24,000 nt of DNA from Kordiimonas laminariae (GTDB lineage Bacteria; Pseudomonadota; Alphaproteobacteria; Sphingomonadales; Kordiimonadaceae), in the NCBI RefSeq assembly GCF_023008165.1, contig NZ_JAKQZA010000001.1, positions 396,796-420,795 on the forward strand, given 5' to 3'. Positions 7,051-15,888 of this stretch are shown here, piece by piece. The first letter of the stretch is position 1. Each line of letters opens with the position of its first letter. The translations under genes and the position numbers were made by a program. Below the pieces are notes generated by a model, which saw nothing but the letters and a program-made list of their open reading frames with translations, was not told the origin of the DNA and did no database searches.

Positions 7051-8486
7051 TAAAATCCATTAAGTATATGGCACTTGCGAGCAGCATTTTATGCGCTCCG
7101 GTAGCCGCAGAACCTTCAAACCCTGCAACGCTTAACAAAGTATCAGGCGCAGAACTTGTAACACCGCACGCAGGCGGCATGAGCATTGAAATCAACAAAG
7201 GTACCCTTGTACGTCTTGATCGCCCTGCATCTGAAGTATTTATCGCGAACCCTGAAATTGCAGATGTGCAAGTTAAATCAGCACGGGTTGTTTATATCTT
7301 CGGGAAAGCACAGGGCGAAACCACCTTCTATGCGCTTGACGAACAGGATAACACCATCTTCAGTTCTGGCATTGCCGTAACACGCAATCTTTCAGCACTT
7401 AATAAAGCGTACGAACGCATGATGCCCGGCTCTCCCATTAGCGCCACGACACTTGGAGAACTTATTGTACTTCAGGGTAACGTCGGCGCACCTGATCAGG
7501 CAGCGCTTGCTGAACAGCTTGCAAAATCTGTTTTAGGGACTGATCAGGTAATGAATAATATCAATGTACTTCAACCAACTCAGGTGAACCTTCATGTTCG
7601 CATTGCTGAAGTTTCCCGCACCGTCCTTAAACAGCTAGGTGTAAGTTGGGAAGGTTTCCTATCCGGAAGCGGCGCAGGTATTGGTATCGCAACCGGTCGT
7701 AATGTTTTTGATCTGGTGCCTGATCCTGTTACAGGCATTCCTTCAAAAGTATTTATACCGGGTGCAGATACAGGCTCTCTCTTAGGCACGATTACCCCGG
7801 GAAACCTTGACCTGAACTATGCCATTGATGCACTTGACCGCGAAGGCTTCCTTACCGTTCTGGCAGAGCCAAACTTAACAGCTTTGACAGGTCAGGCAGC
7901 GAATTTCCTTGCGGGCGGTGAATTTCCAATTCCAATCCCAAGCCGTGACGGTATTGGCATTGAATATCGTGAATTTGGCGTAAAATTGGATTTCACCCCA
8001 ACTGTTCTAAACTCGGGTCGTATTTCCATGCAGGTTCGCCCTGAAGTCAGCGATCTTTCTGATGCTGGTGCAATCCGTATCAACGGTATCAGCGTGCCAT
8101 CTATCAGCACACGACGCGCAGAAACCACCATTGAACTGGGAAGTGGCCAATCCTTCGCGATTGCAGGGCTTATTGAAAACAGTGTTTCTCAGGATAAGGA
8201 TAAATACCCCGGCCTTGGTGATATCCCGATCATTGGTGCTCTCTTCCGTTCTGATCGTTTCCGCCGTGAAGAAACAGAGCTGCTTATTGTGGTGACACCG
8301 TATCTGGTGAAACCAGTGTCAAACAGACACATCAATCTGCCTACCGATAACTTTATCGCACCAAATGATGTGAACCGCATCCTGAACGGTAAAAGCTGGG
8401 AAGGCAGCACTCAAAATACTATCGCAAACCAAGATAACCGCACAGGCGCTTCTCTAAAGCAACGTGCTGGTTTCCAGTTAGATTAA
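7047..8486 (+). CDS. cpaC: Tad secretin CpaC/RcpA (type II/III secretion system secretin family)
   Basis: 479 aa with a signal peptide. The C-terminal secretin signature is TTIELGSGQSFAIAGLI...YPGLGDIPIIGALFRSDRFRREETELLIVVTPYLV. Confidence 0.92.
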   Translation: MIKSIKYMALASSILCAPVAAEPSNPATLNKVSGAELVTPHAGGMSIEINKGTLVRLDRPASEVFIANPEIADVQVKSARVVYIFGKAQGETTFYALDEQDNTIFSSGIAVTRNLSALNKAYERMMPGSPISATTLGELIVLQGNVGAPDQAALAEQLAKSVLGTDQVMNNINVLQPTQVNLHVRIAEVSRTVLKQLGVSWEGFLSGSGAGIGIATGRNVFDLVPDPVTGIPSKVFIPGADTGSLLGTITPGNLDLNYAIDALDREGFLTVLAEPNLTALTGQAANFLAGGEFPIPIPSRDGIGIEYREFGVKLDFTPTVLNSGRISMQVRPEVSDLSDAGAIRINGISVPSISTRRAETTIELGSGQSFAIAGLIENSVSQDKDKYPGLGDIPIIGALFRSDRFRREETELLIVVTPYLVKPVSNRHINLPTDNFIAPNDVNRILNGKSWEGSTQNTIANQDNRTGASLKQRAGFQLD

Positions 8487-8498
8487 TGGAAGGACAGT

Positions 8499-9185
8499 AT
8501 GATGATTAGGCACATGATACAATCCGCCCCCAAAACCGCTCTTTTAGCGCTTGGCATCATCGCGTTGAGCGCATGTCAAACAAGCGGTACAACCCGTCAT
8601 ACAGATGCCGTGAATCGTTCCAGCGTGGAACTGGTTCGCCTGCCATTTGAAATTCGCCCCGAGGCTGATGGTACTGACACACTATCTGCTCAATCCGCTG
8701 TATCCATGCATGCATTCCTAACCAGCGTAAATGCGGGTTACGGCGACATCATTATGCTGGACGCACCATCCGCCACCCCGAAACGCTTGGAAGCTATTCA
8801 GGAATTTCTGAAAGAACGTGGGCTCACGTTTGGCGGGGTTGCCCCTCTCGGGACGGCGCCATCTGAACAAGGCGTTATGCTATATGTGGAACGCTATCAA
8901 GTTACTGTGCCTAACTGTGGGGTTTGGCCAGCAGACAATGCCTCTATTGCCCCAAACAACGCGGCGCCATTCCACGGCTGTGCAACAACCGCTACCCTGA
9001 ATTTGATGGTAGCGAACCCTCGCGATCTGGTGGCAGGACAAAACGGTCGAGCAAATGCGCAAGCTGCAGTTTCAGCAGTTAACGGCTTATCACAACCGGC
9101 AAGCACTGGCCCCAGGGTAACCTTCTCAGTGGAAGGATTAAACGAGATTGCGCCGACAAATACCAATTCAAGTGGCAGCAACTAG
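8499..9185 (+). CDS. cpaD: pilus assembly lipoprotein CpaD
   Basis: 228 aa. A lipobox LSAC follows a signal sequence (LLALGIIALSAC). Conserved CGVWP and HGCAT motifs are typical of CpaD. Synteny is cpaC-cpaD-cpaE. Confidence 0.8.
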   Translation: MMIRHMIQSAPKTALLALGIIALSACQTSGTTRHTDAVNRSSVELVRLPFEIRPEADGTDTLSAQSAVSMHAFLTSVNAGYGDIIMLDAPSATPKRLEAIQEFLKERGLTFGGVAPLGTAPSEQGVMLYVERYQVTVPNCGVWPADNASIAPNNAAPFHGCATTATLNLMVANPRDLVAGQNGRANAQAAVSAVNGLSQPASTGPRVTFSVEGLNEIAPTNTNSSGSN

Positions 9186-9191
9186 GAGGAT

Positions 9192-10418
9192 ATGATGACA
9201 GGTCCTTCAAAGAAAACCGAACGAGAAACTTTCGCAGCCTACTGCTGCGATGAAGCAACCATCGACCTTTTAAAAGCTGCCGCACCAAGCCGTGGCTGGT
9301 CAGAAAACATGGTCTTTTCAGGTGGTATCGCGGGAGCAGTGCGAGCGCTTGGTGCCATGCCTTGCCCTGAATTTCTAATTGTTGATTTATCTGACAGTGA
9401 AGACCCTCGGGCAGACGTTCAAGCGCTCGCAGAAGTATGTGAAGAAGGTACCGTTGTTCTCACTATTGGTGCCCTGAATGACGTTGGTCTCTATCGGGAT
9501 CTGTTGCACGCTGGTGTTCATGATTATCTGGTAAAACCTCTTGCTGTTGATGTTATCAAAGCAGCTATGCATTCAGCTGAAGAGGCCATGAATGCAGTTG
9601 AGGAAGTGGAAGAAGAAGGCCCAGCCAGTGAAGGGAAAACGATTTTCTTCATTGGAGTACGTGGCGGCATGGGCACAAGCACACTTGCTGCAAACACCGC
9701 ATGGCTGAGTGCAAACGGCGGTGAAAGCACAGCCCTTCTGGACCTTGATTTTCATTTCAGCTCATCAGCAATCCAGTTTGATCTGGAACCCGGCCGGGGC
9801 CTGTTAGATGCACTTGATAACCCAAACCGGGTTGATGGATTATTCCTTGACCGCGCTGTGGTAAAACCAAGCGAAAAGCTTTCCATTCTCTGCACGGAAG
9901 CAGCGATTGGCGTAGTACCTCGTCCTGCAGAAGGAGCGCTTGAACACCTTGTTGATACAATGGCAAATACATACCGAAATGTTGTGGTGGATATGCCGCG
10001 CCACATGGTACCTGAGCAACCGGAAGTACTGAACACAGCTACGGACATTGTTCTGATTACCGATCTTTCCCTTTCTTCAGCGCGGGACTGTATCCGCCTG
10101 AAGGCTTATTTAAAAACCTGTGCACCAGCGGCATCAGTTCACGTGGTTCTGAATAAGCTGGGTGCAGTTCCTGCTGAAGTGGAAGAGAAAGATTTCGCCA
10201 ATAGCATCGAAACAGAAATCAACGCACGCGTGCCGTTTGATGCGAAAGCAATGCTTCTTGCTGTGCAACAAGGCACAGTTATCGCTGATCACACAAAATC
10301 AGGAAAAGTTACCGCAGGCATGAAGGCTGTTAACAGCCTGTTTACCTCAGGCAGCGAAAATGCAGATGGGCAAAAACCATCATGGGTTAACAAGCTTTTG
10401 CAGCGCAAAGCTAGCTAA
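9192..10418 (+). CDS. cpaE: CpaE/TadZ pilus localisation protein (receiver-like N-domain plus atypical MinD/ParA-like ATPase domain)
   Basis: 408 aa. The REC-like N-terminus contains FLIVDLSD...DYLVKPL. The degenerate Walker A reads GVRGGMGTST where deviant MinD/ParA proteins have KGGxGK[ST]. A strong RBS aggagg is present. Confidence 0.88.
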   Translation: MMTGPSKKTERETFAAYCCDEATIDLLKAAAPSRGWSENMVFSGGIAGAVRALGAMPCPEFLIVDLSDSEDPRADVQALAEVCEEGTVVLTIGALNDVGLYRDLLHAGVHDYLVKPLAVDVIKAAMHSAEEAMNAVEEVEEEGPASEGKTIFFIGVRGGMGTSTLAANTAWLSANGGESTALLDLDFHFSSSAIQFDLEPGRGLLDALDNPNRVDGLFLDRAVVKPSEKLSILCTEAAIGVVPRPAEGALEHLVDTMANTYRNVVVDMPRHMVPEQPEVLNTATDIVLITDLSLSSARDCIRLKAYLKTCAPAASVHVVLNKLGAVPAEVEEKDFANSIETEINARVPFDAKAMLLAVQQGTVIADHTKSGKVTAGMKAVNSLFTSGSENADGQKPSWVNKLLQRKAS

Positions 10419-10447
10419 GCACATGTTCTAAGTACAGGCATTCAGGT

Positions 10448-12145
10448 ATGAAATCTCAGGCATTCGGCAAAAAACGACAGGGGCTTAAAAAAAGCGGCAG
10501 CTTTGGCCGTGCAGCTATGCCTGCCGCACCGGGTGTTACGGATGAATTTCCACTTGAACCACTTCAACCAGAAGCAATGCCGCCTACCCCGGAACCAGAA
10601 GGCGCCGGTGCTGAAAACATTGATGCCGTTACCACATGTGCCCGCTCCATGCTTCTTGAAAGTTTCACGGCCGATGAACTCCGGATGTCCACCAAAGGGG
10701 ATGTGGAAAAGAAAATCGATCAGCTTATTGGTCGCTGTACGCAGATGGAAAATGCTGTTCTCAGTGAACGCCAACATACTGAACTTGCCCTGTATCTCCT
10801 TTCAGAAGCAGAAACAGCGATTGGCCGTATCGGCGATATCCCAATGGATTTGGATGCTGCAAACGACAAGCAGGATGATGGCACCGCAGCGCTGATTAAA
10901 GCAAAAGAACATATCCAACCGCTTCTGATGGAACATATTGATCCAGCAGCTGCCGCGGAACTGCCACGCCCGGAACTTGCTGAACAGGTTGGTGAAGTAG
11001 TGGGTGAACTACTCGTTCAGGAGAAGATCAACCTGAACCTGAAAGAACAACGGGATCTGGTTACCCTTCTTCTTGATGATATGCTTGGCCTTGGCCCACT
11101 GGAGCCACTGCTCGCTGATGAAACCATTTCCGATATTATGGTGAACGGCCCGCGGCAAGTGTATGTGGAGCAAAAAGGCCGCCTTACGCTTACTGACGTA
11201 ACATTCCGCGATAATCAGCACTTGATGAATGTAGCACAGCGTATTGTAACAGCTGTTGGCAGGCGGGTTGATGAAACATCCCCGATCTGTGATGCGCGCC
11301 TTGAAGATGGCAGCCGGGTGAATGTGATCGCCCCACCGCTTGCCATTGACGGTGCTTCCATTTCCATCCGGAAATTCACAAAGGACAAGATCACATTGGA
11401 TAAAATGCTGGATTTCGCCAGTATTTCAGCGCCTCTTGCTAAACTACTTAAAATCGCTGGCGCCTGTCGCCTTAATATCCTGATTTCAGGTGGTACAGGC
11501 TCCGGTAAAACAACGATGTTGAATGCCCTTTCCCGTATGGTGGATAAAGGCGAACGGGTTGTTACCATTGAGGATGCGGCTGAGCTACAGCTACAGCAGC
11601 CACATGTGGTACGCTTGGAGACCCGCCCTCCAAACCTTGAAGGGCAAGGCGAAATTACAATGCGCGATCTGGTTAAAAACGCACTACGGATGCGCCCAGA
11701 CCGTATCATCCTTGGTGAGATTCGAGGCGGCGAAGCGATTGATATGCTTCAGGCCATGAACACTGGTCACGATGGTTCCATGGGCACCATTCACGCAAAC
11801 CGCCCACGGGAAGCGCTGACCCGCCTCGAAAACATGGTAAACATGGCAGGCCTCCACTTGCCTGCAAAAGCAATCAGAGAACAGGTTAGTTCCAGTCTTG
11901 ATATGATCGTACAAGTCCAGCGGATGCGGGATGGTGGCCGCCGTACCACTCATGTAACAGAAGTTGTTGGCATGGAAGGTGATGTCATCACCACTCAGGA
12001 TTTGTTCAAATATGAATTCACCGGCGAAGATGAAAGCGGCCGTCTAGTTGGTAACTGGAATTCCACAGGCGTTCGCCCTCACTTCCTTACCAAAGCAGAA
12101 TATTTCGGTCTGGACCGTGCTTTGATGGACGCGATGAACGGATAA
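10448..12145 (+). CDS. cpaF: CpaF/TadA secretion ATPase (VirB11/GspE superfamily)
   Basis: 565 aa. Walker A is GGTGSGKTT, and the Asp and His boxes include RPDRIILGEIRG and TGHDGSMGTIHAN. The long N-terminal extension is Pro/Glu-rich and low-complexity. Confidence 0.93.
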   Translation: MKSQAFGKKRQGLKKSGSFGRAAMPAAPGVTDEFPLEPLQPEAMPPTPEPEGAGAENIDAVTTCARSMLLESFTADELRMSTKGDVEKKIDQLIGRCTQMENAVLSERQHTELALYLLSEAETAIGRIGDIPMDLDAANDKQDDGTAALIKAKEHIQPLLMEHIDPAAAAELPRPELAEQVGEVVGELLVQEKINLNLKEQRDLVTLLLDDMLGLGPLEPLLADETISDIMVNGPRQVYVEQKGRLTLTDVTFRDNQHLMNVAQRIVTAVGRRVDETSPICDARLEDGSRVNVIAPPLAIDGASISIRKFTKDKITLDKMLDFASISAPLAKLLKIAGACRLNILISGGTGSGKTTMLNALSRMVDKGERVVTIEDAAELQLQQPHVVRLETRPPNLEGQGEITMRDLVKNALRMRPDRIILGEIRGGEAIDMLQAMNTGHDGSMGTIHANRPREALTRLENMVNMAGLHLPAKAIREQVSSSLDMIVQVQRMRDGGRRTTHVTEVVGMEGDVITTQDLFKYEFTGEDESGRLVGNWNSTGVRPHFLTKAEYFGLDRALMDAMNG

Positions 12146-12155
12146 GGGCAGAGCC

Positions 12156-13145
12156 ATGCAAAACGGAAATCTCGATATCCTTCTTCTTGCTGGCGGCATG
12201 ATCGGCCTGATCATACTGATTGCTGTTATCACGCTCTTTGGGTCTATGAACAAAGGCAAAAAAGAAACTCAGAAAAAGCTGGACCGCTTTCAGGAACGCT
12301 TTAATGACCGCAAAACCCTGAAAGGCGAGCAAGCACGCTCTATTCGCCTGAACCAAAAGGAAACTGGTTTTGCAGCGACGCTGGCCGAGCTTTTACCGCG
12401 CAGAGACCAGATTAAAATTCGGCTCAGCAAAGCAGGCATTGAACCCAATCTTTCCCGGTATGCGATGACATCTGGCGGTTTGGCTGTTGCTACCCTGGTC
12501 ACTCTACTACTGGCAGGTAGTACACCGGTTTTCTCGCTGCTCATGAGCATTATCGCTGGTATTGGCTTGCCCCACTGGTTTCTCAGTATGCGGATCAACA
12601 GCCGTATCGGGAAATTCACCAAGCAGTTTCCCGAAGCGATGGACCTTATGGTGCGTGGTCTTAAATCGGGCCTGCCAGTGAACGAATGTATTGCAAACGT
12701 GGCAACGGAACTGCCTGCACCAACAGGTACCGAATTCCAGAAAATCACCGATAGCATGCGGCTTGGTAAACAGCTTGAAGAAGCACTGTGGGAAACCGCA
12801 GACAGGCTGGATACGCCAGATTTTAAGTTCTTTGTTATCTCTCTCGTCGTACAGCGGGAGACAGGTGGTAACCTTGGCGAAACGCTGGAAAATTTGGCTA
12901 ATATCTTGAGGCAGCGTCAGGCAATGAAATTAAAAATCAAAGCCTTGTCTTCAGAAGCAAAAGCCAGCGCGTGGATTGTTGGCCTACTGCCTTTCATTAT
13001 GCTCGGAGTGATCATGCTGTTGAACTATGATTACGGCATCGTGCTTTTCACCCACGCAAAAGCGAAAATCGCAGGTATCGCTGCCCTGATATGGATGAGC
13101 ATAGGTATGTTCATCATGTCTCGAATGATTAGTTTCAAGGTGTAA
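12156..13145 (+). CDS. tadB: TadB inner-membrane platform protein (GspF-like T2SSF domain)
   Basis: 329 aa. It has an N-terminal TM, a cytoplasmic T2SSF-like region (FPEAMDLMVRGLKSGLPVNECI) and C-terminal TMs. It follows cpaF. Confidence 0.88.
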   Translation: MQNGNLDILLLAGGMIGLIILIAVITLFGSMNKGKKETQKKLDRFQERFNDRKTLKGEQARSIRLNQKETGFAATLAELLPRRDQIKIRLSKAGIEPNLSRYAMTSGGLAVATLVTLLLAGSTPVFSLLMSIIAGIGLPHWFLSMRINSRIGKFTKQFPEAMDLMVRGLKSGLPVNECIANVATELPAPTGTEFQKITDSMRLGKQLEEALWETADRLDTPDFKFFVISLVVQRETGGNLGETLENLANILRQRQAMKLKIKALSSEAKASAWIVGLLPFIMLGVIMLLNYDYGIVLFTHAKAKIAGIAALIWMSIGMFIMSRMISFKV

Positions 13146-13146
13146 C

Positions 13147-14133
13147 ATGCAGGATATAGAGAACACACTCGGAATTCCGATTATTGACTTGCTCGCAATG
13201 GCCGCAGCACTTGTTGCCTTCCTTGTAATGTATGCCTTCTACCAAACCACTATTGTACGTGACCCTATGAAAGGGCGGGTAAAAAACCTGCAGGATAAAC
13301 GGGAAGCTTTGAAAGCAGGCCTGGTAACAAGCAGCAAACGACGCTCACCTGTTAAAAAAGTGGAAAGCATGAATTTAATGCGTTTGATCGCAGATAAATT
13401 CAAACTTCTGCAAGCGGAACAAACTCGCAAAATTTCCGCAGCCCTTATGCAGGCTGGATACCGCTCAAACGACGCTGTGGTGGTTTATCAGGTAGCGCGC
13501 CTCACCTTACCGCTTCTAATGGGTTTAATAGGTATTATCCTATTTTACGGCATGGGTAGCCTGCCTGAGCATAAAAATCTCTACCCTGTTTTCTCCATCG
13601 CGATGGTGTTCTTTGGGCTGAAGTTGCCGGATATATATATCACCAATTCCAAACAGAAACGCACAGAAGCCATTCGCCTCGCGCTTCCTGATGCGCTTGA
13701 TCTGCTCGTTGTGTGTGCGGAGGCAGGCTTAACACTGGATAGTGCCTTAAACCGTGTAGCAAAGGAACTAGGCCGAGCATACCCTGAGCTTGCGGATGAA
13801 TTTTCCCTAACAGCTATTGAACTGGGCTTCCTACCTGAACGGAAACAGGCACTGGTAAACTTGTCTGAACGAGTTGATGTACCCGCACTTAGAGGTGTGG
13901 TGACAACACTTATCCAGTCAGAACGGTACGGAACACCACTCGCTACTTCCTTACGTGTTTTATCAGCAGAATTCAGGAACGAACGCCTGATGAAAGCAGA
14001 AGAAAAAGCGGCACGTTTGCCAGCCACACTTACGGTACCGCTCATTGTATTCATCATGCCGACACTCTTTGTCGTACTTATGGGCCCTGCCGCCTGTAAA
14101 GTGGCTGATGATTTCATCAACAAAGGCGGTTAA
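13147..14133 (+). CDS. tadC: TadC inner-membrane platform protein (GspF-like T2SSF domain)
   Basis: 328 aa and paralogous in architecture to TadB (LPDALDLLVVCAEAGLTLDSAL...QSERYGTPL). It starts 1 nt after the tadB stop. Confidence 0.88.
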   Translation: MQDIENTLGIPIIDLLAMAAALVAFLVMYAFYQTTIVRDPMKGRVKNLQDKREALKAGLVTSSKRRSPVKKVESMNLMRLIADKFKLLQAEQTRKISAALMQAGYRSNDAVVVYQVARLTLPLLMGLIGIILFYGMGSLPEHKNLYPVFSIAMVFFGLKLPDIYITNSKQKRTEAIRLALPDALDLLVVCAEAGLTLDSALNRVAKELGRAYPELADEFSLTAIELGFLPERKQALVNLSERVDVPALRGVVTTLIQSERYGTPLATSLRVLSAEFRNERLMKAEEKAARLPATLTVPLIVFIMPTLFVVLMGPAACKVADDFINKGG

Positions 14134-14369
14134 ACGCACCATCACCCGATTCGCCTTTTAAATGGCGAATCATCCTCCAAAACAACTCCCCGCAGTTTCT
14201 GCACAGTTTGTCGCAGCGATGATTTGAGCAGCATTTACTAATCTTTCGATGGAAAAAGCGGTGCCTTCTGATCACAAAAACACAAAAATTTCGCAGAAAT
14301 TCAAGGATTTGCACGATTCTTATGACTAAGGCATTGACCTCGCGCTCAAGATTTGGTCTTTTAGTTCTT

Positions 14370-14476
14370 GCGAGAGGGCGCGGCCTTGCTGCGTCTCTCC
14401 ATATTGTAACCACGCCTCGTGGTTACTCTATCCTCGCTGTCGTGACTCGGGCCGGGTATTTCCCGGCCACTTTTTT
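14370..14476 (+). ncRNA. candidate small RNA (or structured end of a long tad-operon 3'UTR): three stem-loops ending in an intrinsic terminator
   Basis: SL1 is 14372-14399 (gagag/ctctc plus inner GC pairs). SL2 is 14406-14426 (perfect 9 bp gtaaccacg/cgtggttac with a CCU loop). The single-stranded linker ucuauCCUCgcugucgugacuc is followed by SL3, the terminator at 14450-14468, then T6. No plausible CDS lies in 14134-14676. The 5' end is unknown; a TTGACC hexamer at 14334-14339 lacks a convincing -10. Confidence 0.35.
14450..14476 (+). terminator. rho-independent terminator (plus strand)
   Basis: A 7 bp GC stem (ggccggg/cccggcc) with a 5 nt loop (tattt) is followed by ac + tttttt. The orientation is set by the T-run, since the reverse strand has no U-tract. 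Confidence 0.7.
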
Positions 14477-14560
14477 GTCTAAAGCAAAATTCCCTTATTA
14501 GCTGCATTTTACAGCTATAAAAGAAATCAATCAGACAAAATTTTACGAAACCCCAAACAG

Positions 14561-14587
14561 AAAAAGCGGGCCAGAAACCTAGCCCAC
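14561..14587 (-). terminator. probable rho-independent terminator of the ahpCD operon
   Basis: The minus strand reads GUGGGC-(10 nt)-GCCCGC followed by UUUUUCUGUUU. It lies about 90 nt downstream of the ahpD stop. Confidence 0.5.
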
Positions 14588-14676
14588 TTTCTTATAACAT
14601 CTGAATTATGACAATAATCAGGCGACACCTGCATTTTTCTGCAGGGTCATCCATACGCCTGACAATCTATTGCTGG

Positions 14677-15207
14677 CTAAGCAGCAAGGGTTTCTTCGCC
14701 TGTCAGCACACCTGCCACCGCATGCACAGTTGCAGCAATACGAATACTTGCCTGAATTTCTTCGCGGCTCAGGCCAGCTTTCTTCAGTTCCGCATCATGT
14801 GCAGCCACACAGAATTCACAACCGTTTACTGCAGAGACAACAAGCGAGAAAAGTTCGAAGTTCACTTTATCAGCTGGTGGTTTGCCGATAATCTGCATAC
14901 GGAGGTTTGCAGCCATACGCTGATATTCACCGTCTTTCGCCATATGAAGGAAACGATAGTAAATGTTTGTCATACCCATAATGGCATTCGCCGCCTTGGC
15001 GTTTTCAATTTCTTCAGCACTTAGATGCTGACCTGCTTCATCCGCGAACGCTTTGATGAGCGTTTCATTACCTGAAGCAAGAGCAGCTGCGAACAACGCA
15101 CCATATCGACGCTCTACTGAGAGAGTTTCTTCGCGCATCAAGGAAGAAAGGTTAAGTTTCAGGTCTTTAGCATACGTGGGGAGCTGGCTTTTAATTGTAT
15201 CTAACAT
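14677..15207 (-). CDS. ahpD: alkyl hydroperoxide reductase AhpD (carboxymuconolactone decarboxylase family)
   Basis: The track ORF (TTG at 15237) is trimmed to ATG 15207 (MLDTIKSQLPTYAKDLKLNLSSL...), which has an AAGGA RBS about 10 nt upstream. The CxxC active site appears as NGCEFCVAAH. The gene is immediately downstream of ahpC. Confidence 0.88.
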   Translation of the reverse strand: MLDTIKSQLPTYAKDLKLNLSSLMREETLSVERRYGALFAAALASGNETLIKAFADEAGQHLSAEEIENAKAANAIMGMTNIYYRFLHMAKDGEYQRMAANLRMQIIGKPPADKVNFELFSLVVSAVNGCEFCVAAHDAELKKAGLSREEIQASIRIAATVHAVAGVLTGEETLAA

Positions 15208-15240
15208 GTCTCTTATCCTTAAAACTGTCGCTTGCAAAAA

Positions 15241-15289
15241 AAGGGGCGGCCCCGGCTAAAAGAAAATTATGCGAGGAAAAGCCGGGGCC
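15241..15289 (-). terminator. intercistronic GC-rich hairpin plus U-tract between ahpC and ahpD (possible partial terminator/attenuator)
   Basis: The minus strand reads ggccccggcu-(22 nt)-agccggggcc, then gcccc + uuuuuuu. A second 9 bp hairpin (gcaggctgt/acagcctgc) lies at 15294-15327. Confidence 0.4.
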
Positions 15290-15354
15290 AAGTGCAGGCT
15301 GTTGCGAGGGGGATATACACAGCCTGCGTCAGGGAAACTTAGGGGTATTAAGTC

Positions 15355-15888
15355 TTAGAGTGTTTCTTCACCTGGGTTCCAGTTACATGGGCAAAGCTCA
15401 TCTGTTTGCAGTGCATCAAGAACACGGAGAACTTCTGCAGGGTTACGGCCTACTGATAGATCATTCACAGCGGCGTAACGGATGATGCCGTCCGGATCAG
15501 CGATGAACGTAGCGCGCAGTGCAACACCTTCTTCTTTGTCCAGAATACCAAGGCCGTCAGAAAGTTCTTTCTTCACGTCCGCAAGCCACGGGAAAGAAAC
15601 CTCACCAAGGTCATCGCGGCTCTGGCGCCATGCAAGGTGTACGAAATCTGTATCTGTACTTGCACCAAGTAGAACTGCATCACGATCAGCAAATTCTTCA
15701 TTCAGTTCGTTGAAAGCAATGATTTCAGTTGGACATACGAATGTGAAATCTTTTGGCCAGAAGAAAAGCACTGTCCACTTACCAGGATTACTTTCATTTG
15801 TAATACGCGGGAAATCATCCGCAGGCATGTTTGCATCAACAACTGCTTTAAGGTCGAACGCTGGAATTTTATCACCGATAGTAAGCAT
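15355..15888 (-). CDS. ahpC: peroxiredoxin AhpC (AhpC/TSA family, AhpD-dependent type)
   Basis: The track ORF is trimmed to ATG 15888 (MLTIGDKIPAFDLKAVV...), which has a GAGGA RBS. The peroxidatic Cys motif appears as FFWPKDFTFVCPTE, and a resolving Cys lies near the C-terminus (ELCPCNW). Confidence 0.92.
   Translation of the reverse strand: MLTIGDKIPAFDLKAVVDANMPADDFPRITNESNPGKWTVLFFWPKDFTFVCPTEIIAFNELNEEFADRDAVLLGASTDTDFVHLAWRQSRDDLGEVSFPWLADVKKELSDGLGILDKEEGVALRATFIADPDGIIRYAAVNDLSVGRNPAEVLRVLDALQTDELCPCNWNPGEETL

Noticed and set aside
14148-14171. Hairpin gattcgcc/ggcgaatc right after tadC as the operon terminator
   Set aside because: The 8 bp stem is real, but it is followed by atcctcc rather than a U-tract. 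It is kept only as a possible stabilising stem, and the convincing terminator is at 14450-14476.
14117-14413. 98-aa minus-strand ORF in the tadC-ahpD gap
   Set aside because: It is Arg/Cys-rich with no motifs and no RBS. It would run antisense through the hairpins and terminator-like structures, so it is interpreted as non-coding.
14608-15024. 138-aa plus-strand ORF (and the 14670-14891 ORF)
   Set aside because: It is antisense to the well-supported ahpD gene (CxxC motif, RBS, synteny with ahpC), and its sequence is Cys/His/Phe-rich junk.
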